The position numbers and the translations under genes were made by a program. From the IMG/VR virus record IMGVR_UViG_2935656913_000002: DNA of 29,595 nucleotides; one strand, written 5' to 3'. Under the pieces are notes generated by a model. It saw only the letters and a list, made by a program, of their open reading frames with translations. It had not been told where the DNA came from and did not search any database. Position 1 is the first letter of the stretch; each line of letters begins with the position of its first letter. Positions 23,043 through 29,595 of the stretch are shown one piece after another. The DNA comes from a virus.

Positions 23043-25766
23043 CTATGCTGCCTTTCGTAGTTTGATTATCCGCAGGCCGGGCTTTGGTTTTGCAGGTTCC
23101 TGCAACGCTTTGACCTGTTCGTAGGTGGTGATTTTGTTGTCGTTGAGCCATTCCTTTTTAAGCTCGATCATCTTGGCGAGGTTCATGCCGATGGACACGT
23201 CCGCGACAATCGGAATGGGCGACTTGAAGCCGAACCATTCAACGAGCGGGTTCGTTTCCATGAACCGCTTGACCGCCCTCGCCGCTTCCATCTCCCTGCC
23301 CTTCTTGGCAATGCAGATGATGGCGTCATGCACGAACCCGATGACCCGTACAAAGTCGGTCGGCAGTTCTGCGTTGATCCGCGCCAGCGCGATAAGGCCG
23401 AGATCAGAACCGAAGCCCTGCACCGGGGAATTAACCGCCTGCCGTTCGGCCGACGACGCAACGCCCTCGTCATCCACAACGACCGCAGGCAAATGGCGAA
23501 CTCGGCCATCCTCGCAGCGTACGTACTTGTGAATGCGGACGAACGCCTTGACCGCGTCATGCCACGTCTTGAGCGCACGGTACCGGCTGAAGAACGCGCT
23601 CCGGATGTGCTGGGCTTCTTGGTCGGTGTAATCGATCCCGTACTCGGTCTTGGCGTAGATAAGAAACTTCTTCCAACCCATGCCATAGATGAAACCGAAG
23701 TTCACCGCCTTGGCGCGATACCGGCCGAGCGCGAACCGTTCGGGGTCCGATACCTTGAGCGCCATGAACGCTTCAAGACTGATGCCAATGACGATTGCGG
23801 CCGTCATACAATGGATGTCGCCGCCCTCGCGGTAAATCTTGAGGAACAGTGGCTCATTGGCGAGGATGCCCGCGATCCGCAACTCTAGCTGCGAATAGTC
23901 GGCTTCCAGCAACACCCATCCATCGGGCGCTTCGAAGATGGCGCGGTATTCCTTCGCGAACTCGCCGCGCTTGGGAAAATTCTGGCCGTTGGGATCGGAC
24001 GATGCGCTGCGCCCCGTGACAGTCGCGTGCAACTTGTACGACGGCCGGATGTATTCTTGGTTGATGTATTTCCAGAAGCCGGTGGGCTCCTGCCACACGC
24101 CTTCGCTATCAAGATGCCCGTCCCTACCGATGTAGGTCGTGAGCATCTTGTCGTTCTTCGCGAACGCGATGTAGTCAGCAATGAAATCGTACTCGACCGG
24201 CTTCCCGTCAACTAGGGACGTGCCTTTGTGCTTGCCGATGAAGTACGGAAGGTGGGTCTTGGTCGATACGCTGGGGAAGCCCGTCTTCGTGAATTGTGTT
24301 GGCTTGATCTTGAGGCCGTCCGGATGCGTGAACAAGAATGCCCGCATCATCGCGTCGCGCGTGAGCTTCAACCCGACGCCGGTATTCTCGAATTCGTCCC
24401 TGATCTTCTTAGGGATGAAATTGATCAGCTTCTTGTATTCGGACGCCTGTTTCTTTGCGACCTTGACACGAAGGACTTCCAGCGCCGTGCGGTTGATCTT
24501 GAACCCGCGCTGCTCGATATCGCAGAAGGCCCGCAAAGCCGGGACAACCACTCGTCGGTAACAGTTGTAGAGCTTGGGGTCAACCTCGATCTTTGTGCGC
24601 AAGATCGCGCGAAGCTGGAATGCGCAATCGGAGTCAGCCCCGGAATAGGCAAGAATGTCCTCGGGAGGGACAAGGTCCATCCGGGCCATATCGTAGCCCT
24701 TGCGGCGGAACTCGTCCTTGTAGCCGCCCATGTCCGGCAGGTACACGCGAGCAACGTCATCGAGGGATTTGCTCAACATGTTCTCGTTCAGCATGTGAAC
24801 GAGCATCAACGTATCGTCCGCGAAGTTGGCAATCTTGATGCCCAGCTTCGCGAAGAGGATCATCCAGTCGTATTTGAGATTATGACCGCAGCACGCAATC
24901 GTCGGGTCCTCAAGGAGCAACTTGAGTTGTCGGACCAGTTTGGCACGGGTTGCCGCGTCAATCGGGTATCCCGGGTAGTCGATGGGGACGACAAAGCTCT
25001 CCCCTGCCCGGTCGGTCAATTGGACCGTGAGTACTTTTGTCTCGGGGTAGTACCAGTGCGCAAATTCATGAGCGCCAAAGGTGCTTGTCTCGGTATCGAT
25101 CGCAAGCACCTTTGGCTTACGGTCGATCATGAATTGGAGGTCGGTGCACCAACTGTAGTTGCGCTTATGGACCGGAGCGGAAATCTGGAACTTGTTCTTG
25201 ACCATGGCCGCAGCGGTGCGGAGATCAGCGGAGAATAGCTCTGCATGTTCCGGCACGCGCAGCACGTGACCAAGACCGAGCATCGGCATGACGGGCACGC
25301 CAAGCGTTTCGTCATCAATGGCGACGCCGCGAAGCTTCGTGATCTTAGCCGGGCGATTGAGTACCTGACGTATAGCCGCCTTGCCTTGGGCAATGATCAA
25401 CCGGGGCTTCAGCGCGCGAAACGCCTCCATGAACTTGGGGTGATCGTTCTTGATCGCCTTGCCCAGTTTGGAGTCACTTTTCCACGTGACATCGTCGATG
25501 GGGTTGCATGCGCTGACAAAGCAAACGTCCTTGCCCTCGATCCCGGCCGCTTTCATATACGGGGCGAGTTGATTGAGCATCCGCGCCGTCATGGGCTTGG
25601 GCCTGTCGTCAAAGCTTTCGTTCACGTTGACGATGGGATCGACCACGATCATGATTGGCGCAGACGAGTTGCCCTGCCACGGCAATTTGCAGGTCCCTGC
25701 AAGATCGCCGCGAGGTGCAATGGTCGCCCGCAGAACACGCGGCCTAGGAAATATTTTCAGCGGCAC
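23043..25766 (-). CDS. polA: family A DNA polymerase with N-terminal UDG-like domain and 3'-5' exonuclease
   Basis: Exo I DTET, Exo II HNLKYD, Exo III YSGAD; TGRSASSDPNGQNFP; motif A DYSQLELR; motif B RYRAKAVNFGFIYG; motif C VHD; N-terminal ~190 aa with family-4 UDG-like layout. Confidence 0.95.
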   Translation of the reverse strand: MPLKIFPRPRVLRATIAPRGDLAGTCKLPWQGNSSAPIMIVVDPIVNVNESFDDRPKPMTARMLNQLAPYMKAAGIEGKDVCFVSACNPIDDVTWKSDSKLGKAIKNDHPKFMEAFRALKPRLIIAQGKAAIRQVLNRPAKITKLRGVAIDDETLGVPVMPMLGLGHVLRVPEHAELFSADLRTAAAMVKNKFQISAPVHKRNYSWCTDLQFMIDRKPKVLAIDTETSTFGAHEFAHWYYPETKVLTVQLTDRAGESFVVPIDYPGYPIDAATRAKLVRQLKLLLEDPTIACCGHNLKYDWMILFAKLGIKIANFADDTLMLVHMLNENMLSKSLDDVARVYLPDMGGYKDEFRRKGYDMARMDLVPPEDILAYSGADSDCAFQLRAILRTKIEVDPKLYNCYRRVVVPALRAFCDIEQRGFKINRTALEVLRVKVAKKQASEYKKLINFIPKKIRDEFENTGVGLKLTRDAMMRAFLFTHPDGLKIKPTQFTKTGFPSVSTKTHLPYFIGKHKGTSLVDGKPVEYDFIADYIAFAKNDKMLTTYIGRDGHLDSEGVWQEPTGFWKYINQEYIRPSYKLHATVTGRSASSDPNGQNFPKRGEFAKEYRAIFEAPDGWVLLEADYSQLELRIAGILANEPLFLKIYREGGDIHCMTAAIVIGISLEAFMALKVSDPERFALGRYRAKAVNFGFIYGMGWKKFLIYAKTEYGIDYTDQEAQHIRSAFFSRYRALKTWHDAVKAFVRIHKYVRCEDGRVRHLPAVVVDDEGVASSAERQAVNSPVQGFGSDLGLIALARINAELPTDFVRVIGFVHDAIICIAKKGREMEAARAVKRFMETNPLVEWFGFKSPIPIVADVSIGMNLAKMIELKKEWLNDNKITTYEQVKALQEPAKPKPGLRIIKLRKAA
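23091..23104. repeat. palindrome TGCAGGTTCCTGCA, in polymerase C-terminal tail (LQEPA)
   Basis: exact match. Confidence 0.9.
25688..25701. repeat. palindrome TGCAGGTCCCTGCA, in polymerase N-terminus (AGTCK)
   Basis: exact match. Confidence 0.9.
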
Positions 25767-26395
25767 AGATAATCTACCATTTCTTCTGAGGTCATGAACG
25801 GCGTATCGCCTTTGACGTACAGCGGATGCCGTGGGTGGCGCTTAGAAGTAAACCCAAGGCACGTGATTTTATCTTCGCAACCTTCAAGCGCTTTGAGCAA
25901 CCGCAGCAGTAGCTTCCTGTGGTGATTGGCAACATTACCGTAAGCCAAAACTACGCGATGTGACATTGATGCCTGTTGCGCAATCCTCGCGAAATTATCG
26001 CGCGAAAACGGTGGCAGTCGCAATTTCTTGGGATGGAGGTCAGTGGGGTTTGTTGCCCGATAATCCATGACATTCATCTTGACCATTTCGCGAAAGCCTT
26101 CGCGCCAAGAAAACTCCATCTCACGACGAATGGTGGGATCATCAATGTTACCCGCAGCAGTCGATGGATTGTGGCCGATCCATAGAACGTTTCCTCGACC
26201 TTCACACCGTCTACGATAAAGCTTATAGCGGTAGCGCCCGCAGTCGGATAACCATGCCTGCCCTACAATCCCGGGCTGGAGGGGAAACTGTTTACTGCCT
26301 CCGGCAACGTGGTTCGGCTCCGGTGGGCTAGGCGTGAACACCTCTCCCCGGAGCCGAATAATCCGTCGCGGTAGTGGCAGAATTCTTAGTGCCAA
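25757..26395 (-). CDS. DUF1643 family protein
   Basis: SDCGRYRY.L.R, WIGHNPSTA...DDPTIRR, YRATNP, CLG...PRHPLY; probable TTG start at 26395 after GAGGA (ORF track start 26419). Confidence 0.85.
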   Translation of the reverse strand: MALRILPLPRRIIRLRGEVFTPSPPEPNHVAGGSKQFPLQPGIVGQAWLSDCGRYRYKLYRRRCEGRGNVLWIGHNPSTAAGNIDDPTIRREMEFSWREGFREMVKMNVMDYRATNPTDLHPKKLRLPPFSRDNFARIAQQASMSHRVVLAYGNVANHHRKLLLRLLKALEGCEDKITCLGFTSKRHPRHPLYVKGDTPFMTSEEMVDYLCR

Positions 26396-26955
26396 AGCAC
26401 GTCCTCGATGATCGTCCACATGGACGCCTCACTCATGGCGGTGTTGCGGTTGAACCGATTATCGGGCTCCGAGCCCATCGGCACAAGAACGCGCGCAACT
26501 CCTGCGAAGCGCTTGCCCTTCGACATGATCGTGGCAGATGGTCGGTCGGTGAACGTCTCATGGAATGCGTATGGGCGCATGTTGTACGCCTGCCCCGCCG
26601 CGACCACCTGTATGCGACGCTCCGCAATGGTGCCCCGCTTGCCGCTGTCCACGAGCACCGTATCCTCGCCGTCCCGTGTCTCGGGAGTGTAGACCTTGTA
26701 CGTCGCGTCCACTGGCGAGAGCGGGTAGACAAGCTCCATCACGCGGTTGACCACACGACCGACGAGAACCTGACTGACGAACTCGAACAGGTGATCGTGA
26801 ATGCCGGTATCGACAATCTGCCGGGGCAAACTCGGGTGGCCCCAGATGTGCAACCGCGTCCCCGGCCCGATGTCGAGTTGCAGGAAGCCGTTGCCGTGAA
26901 CACGCGGAACGTTACCGATATCGCGCAGTTCATCAATCGTCGGTTTCTCGATCAT
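26386..26955 (-). CDS. cupin-like (cysteine-dioxygenase-type HxH...H) protein
   Basis: RLHIW...IHDHLFEFVSQVLVG...GQAYNM...FHET. Confidence 0.55.
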   Translation of the reverse strand: MIEKPTIDELRDIGNVPRVHGNGFLQLDIGPGTRLHIWGHPSLPRQIVDTGIHDHLFEFVSQVLVGRVVNRVMELVYPLSPVDATYKVYTPETRDGEDTVLVDSGKRGTIAERRIQVVAAGQAYNMRPYAFHETFTDRPSATIMSKGKRFAGVARVLVPMGSEPDNRFNRNTAMSEASMWTIIEDVLWH

Positions 26956-28265
26956 ATCATCCTCGAAACATCTAGGGGTGGGGCTTCGTCGTCCTCTTCG
27001 GAGCCCGCCGATATCATATCAAAATTCACCGGCGAAAACTGGTAATTCAGGAGCATCCGGCCGAGCGTGCCTTCGCGGTTTTTCATGAGGCCGAACCAGC
27101 GCCGCGTATCCGCGTACGGTGCAAACGCCTTCGCCGCCGCCGCAACAATCGAGGATGATTGTCCGATAACATCGGTCTCACCGATCTTGGCCATGTTGAG
27201 GTGTGAGAGGGGATTGGCACCATTCTGGGAGGTGTCCCGCGTACGCACACTCTCCGCGCTTCGATTGAACTGTGTGCTCTGGATCAACGGGCGTCGGCGT
27301 TCGATGGTGATACGCTTCAAGTCTTCGATGGTGTCGCTGATCGCTTCGCGCCGCCCGTCCGAATTCTTGCGCTTCGTGGTCGGCTTCAGGAGGTAGCCCG
27401 CGTCAACGCAGATCAAGTCAGGGTCGGTAGCATCCGCGACGGCTTGCACTGTCTCGACGCTTTTCTTGAAGCCGCCGACGATCACATTGAACGGGATGCC
27501 GTTGTCCATCGTCGAAGCCATCTCAGTCATTTGATTTGAGATGAACGTCGATAGCCGCCCCGTCCGGATCATGCTGGGGTTGATCTTCGTATGGATGCCG
27601 AACAGGCGTCGGAATAGCTGGGTTGCTCCAAGCTCCATCGACACGAACAGGACATTGTACCCTGCCCGCCAAGCGGCATAAGCGAAGATCAGCATGAGAT
27701 AGGTCTTACCCACTCCAATGCGACCGACAATCGAGATCAGATCGTCCGCGAACCAGCCGCCTGTTAGCTCATCGAGGTAGTGGTAGCCTGTCGGGATGCC
27801 GCGCAGGCCGGTGGTACGGTGCGCCTCTTGGAAGTCGGCTAGAACGTGCTCCATGCCTGCACTGAGCGGCACGAAGTCGGCCGACTGTGAGTTGAACGTG
27901 CCGGACTGAAGGAGCGTCTGTCGCATGTGAGCAACGAACGCGTCCGGGTCCTTACGCTCCAACGCGTTGCGCATCTCCTCGTATGCGCCCATGCAGGCAT
28001 TGTAGAGCGCAGCGAGCCGCGCCTGATCAGTGTAATAGGCGAGCGGCTGGGCAACCTGCAACGTGGTGATGCCCGTCCCGCGCCGGAACATGTTCGGATC
28101 GGGGAACGTCCTATGACGCGTGACGTGTTCCTTGAGCCATCGGAACGCAGCGAGTTCGTCCGGCTCAATGAAGTACGTTTCCGGCGTATCACGCACGGCC
28201 GAAGTGCTGCCGCTCCTCCGCAGTGCGGAAAGCAAATTGATCGCAGTCTGTGATGCCATTACCAA
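26952..28265 (-). CDS. dnaB: DnaB-like replicative helicase
   Basis: GIPTGY..LDELTGG, Walker A GRIGVGKT, FVSMEL, ICVDAGYL, STQFNR, KNREG; start may be 28259. Confidence 0.92.
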   Translation of the reverse strand: MVMASQTAINLLSALRRSGSTSAVRDTPETYFIEPDELAAFRWLKEHVTRHRTFPDPNMFRRGTGITTLQVAQPLAYYTDQARLAALYNACMGAYEEMRNALERKDPDAFVAHMRQTLLQSGTFNSQSADFVPLSAGMEHVLADFQEAHRTTGLRGIPTGYHYLDELTGGWFADDLISIVGRIGVGKTYLMLIFAYAAWRAGYNVLFVSMELGATQLFRRLFGIHTKINPSMIRTGRLSTFISNQMTEMASTMDNGIPFNVIVGGFKKSVETVQAVADATDPDLICVDAGYLLKPTTKRKNSDGRREAISDTIEDLKRITIERRRPLIQSTQFNRSAESVRTRDTSQNGANPLSHLNMAKIGETDVIGQSSSIVAAAAKAFAPYADTRRWFGLMKNREGTLGRMLLNYQFSPVNFDMISAGSEEDDEAPPLDVSRMI

Positions 28266-28796
28266 TTAAACCGTGAGAGGACGTGAGGCTTCGTTCTGGG
28301 CCGCCCGGAAGTCCGCGCTCCACCAACCAGCGCCAAGCATTGGCTTCGACATAGAGAAGCAGTTGCGTTGGCCCCGTTCGATCCGTTCACGAAGAAACGT
28401 CTCGACCTGTAGTCTTGCGTATCCCGTGATCGGCATATCCACGCTGTCATCGTACGCCGATTGGATAAACAGCGCACCGCAGTTCACAGCGTCATCGTAC
28501 ACCGGATGATTGTCCACCGTGACCGCCGCCTCAAGGGTCGCGAGATGAACGTACAGAACGCTATCCTGCTTGAGCACGAACGCCCGCGCCATCGCAGTGA
28601 ACGCCTTGATGCGAGAAGTTGCAGGCCCCTGCAAAACGAAACCGATGCCCGCCTTGCGATCCTCGTCGTATCGGGGAGAGTTGATGTACTCCACGAGATG
28701 CGATGTGCCGGGTAGCGTCGAGAGTTTGAGTTCATACCCGGTCGGTGGAATGCGGGCATCCTTGAACATGCCAGCGTATCGCGCAACGTCATTCAT
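28266..28796 (-). CDS. DnaC/IstB-like helicase loader with degenerate ATPase motifs
   Basis: ARIP N-terminus; GIGFVLQGPATSRIK at the Walker A position; LFIQSA at Walker B; FLRERI; directly upstream of dnaB. Confidence 0.6.
   Translation of the reverse strand: MNDVARYAGMFKDARIPPTGYELKLSTLPGTSHLVEYINSPRYDEDRKAGIGFVLQGPATSRIKAFTAMARAFVLKQDSVLYVHLATLEAAVTVDNHPVYDDAVNCGALFIQSAYDDSVDMPITGYARLQVETFLRERIERGQRNCFSMSKPMLGAGWWSADFRAAQNEASRPLTV
28620..28633. repeat. palindrome TGCAGGCCCCTGCA, in DnaC-like CDS (LQGPA)
   Basis: exact match. Confidence 0.9.
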
Positions 28797-29389
28797 CGCT
28801 TGTCATCCCATTTCGGAAGTCCAAGCCGCTGCCGTGCAGCCTCGCCCGTGGCGTGATTGATTTTGCGAGCAAGGGGAACGATTGGAAGGCCGCGCAGTGG
28901 CGTTGCTGGGGCCGCTGGGGCGGCTTTTGCGGCGCTGGGCACCGGAGGCTTGACCGATACCGCCCCGCCCGCACGTCGCGCCGCTAGAGGCAGGTTTGCT
29001 GCCACTTCCGGTTTGCTCCTCATGTAGAGACCGTGGACCTGCGTAAGGAACGGAACGACCGCTTTCATGTCCGGTACTTCCGGCCCGCGAGGACTGCTCG
29101 GGTTGAAGCTGAAGACCTGTTGCCGAAGCAGCGGCCAACTCATGACGATCCAGCCGATGAAGTTGCCCATGTCCGCGTAAGGAAGTCCACGCTTCTCGAT
29201 GGCTTGCTTAAGGTTGTTCTGCACGCGGTCGGTGTACTGCACCACGCTCTCAGGATAGTGGACGCGAAGCGCATCCTCCCAGACCTTGCGCCAAGCGGTA
29301 GGATTGCCCTTGGCAATGTTGGCGGCCCGCCGCGTACGCGACTTGTCCTTGGCCCCAGCAATCGCAGCCTTGATGTTCTCGATAGACAT
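28793..29389 (-). CDS. hypothetical protein in the replication-initiation cluster (198 aa)
   Basis: ORF track; ATGA-coupled to the DnaC-like gene. Confidence 0.7.
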   Translation of the reverse strand: MSIENIKAAIAGAKDKSRTRRAANIAKGNPTAWRKVWEDALRVHYPESVVQYTDRVQNNLKQAIEKRGLPYADMGNFIGWIVMSWPLLRQQVFSFNPSSPRGPEVPDMKAVVPFLTQVHGLYMRSKPEVAANLPLAARRAGGAVSVKPPVPSAAKAAPAAPATPLRGLPIVPLARKINHATGEAARQRLGLPKWDDKR

Positions 29390-29405
29390 GTGATGCAGCC
29401 CGGTA

Positions 29406-29595
29406 TTATTTGTTGATGTTAATTTTACGCTGCACTCTGAGATTAGACCCTGTCCTCACACCGCCTTCGGCGGCAGGGTTAGAGTTCTGATCTTTGTTAG
29501 TTTCTGTATCTTGTTTATACCCAATCCGATTGGGGTACCCTTCCCCATCCTGTTGGGGTACCCCTCCCAAACCAGTTGGGGTAGGTGCATGGCGT
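29406..29595 (-). CDS. 3' end of a probable replication initiator (truncated by the window edge)
   Basis: open frame from the edge: RHAPTPTGLGGVPQQDGEGYPNRIGYKQDTETNKDQ...QRKININK*; contains iterons followed by an A-rich tract, as in lambda O-type genes. Confidence 0.5.
   Translation of the reverse strand, partial: RHAPTPTGLGGVPQQDGEGYPNRIGYKQDTETNKDQNSNPAAEGGVRTGSNLRVQRKININK
29515..29583. repeat. three imperfect 23-bp direct repeats ending TTGGGGTA (putative origin iterons)
   Basis: TTGGGGTA at 29530, 29553 and 29576 (exact 23-bp period), each preceded by CCC(A/C)A(A/T)CC; adjacent T-rich tract ~29480-29518. Confidence 0.65.

Noticed and set aside
12125-25238. Long plus-strand ORFs (e.g. 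12125..13282, 16568..17623, 21422..22861, 24228..25238; also 9995..10843)
   Set aside because: Antisense shadows of GC3-biased minus-strand genes, with no recognisable motifs or convincing RBS.
1493-28633. Interpreting the dispersed palindrome as a CRISPR repeat, REP/MITE or simple restriction site
   Set aside because: Copies are kb apart with no spacer array, are only 16 bp with unrelated flanks and no target duplications, and are enriched rather than avoided.
1-29595. tRNA/rRNA genes, integrase, transposase, introns/inteins
   Set aside because: None recognised by eye; polymerase, DnaB, RecA and helicase are of uninterrupted size. tRNAscan/Infernal were not run.

Overview
This 29.6-kb window is part of a tailed dsDNA phage genome (~58-60% GC, probably infecting a Proteobacterium; the host is an inference). 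Essentially every credible gene is on the minus strand. In transcription order (right to left) the replication block is: 3' end of a probable replication initiator with 23-bp-period iterons, a 198-aa hypothetical, a degenerate DnaC-like loader, DnaB helicase, a cupin-like protein, DUF1643, family A DNA polymerase with an N-terminal UDG-like domain, primase, SSB and an SF2 helicase. A recombination block follows (RecA, PD-(D/E)XK resolvase, Cas4-like exonuclease, RuvC-like nuclease). After that come several DNA-binding proteins, a SWIM/MgsA_C-like protein, and ~9 kb of small accessory genes including PC4-like, DUF1419-like and DUF6011 proteins. The main unexplained signal is a 16-bp palindrome, KTGCAGGNNCCTGCAM, found 14 times exactly and twice with one mismatch. 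It recurs every ~1-3 kb across the whole window, both between genes and inside conserved genes in all three reading frames. Other signals are a ~130-nt promoter/terminator-bounded small RNA containing an SD-ATG-CGC-TAA minigene, a thrice-repeated covarying leader hairpin, and a shared basic/Pro/aliphatic terminal tag on many unrelated proteins. All family assignments come from motif recognition by eye; no database searches were run.
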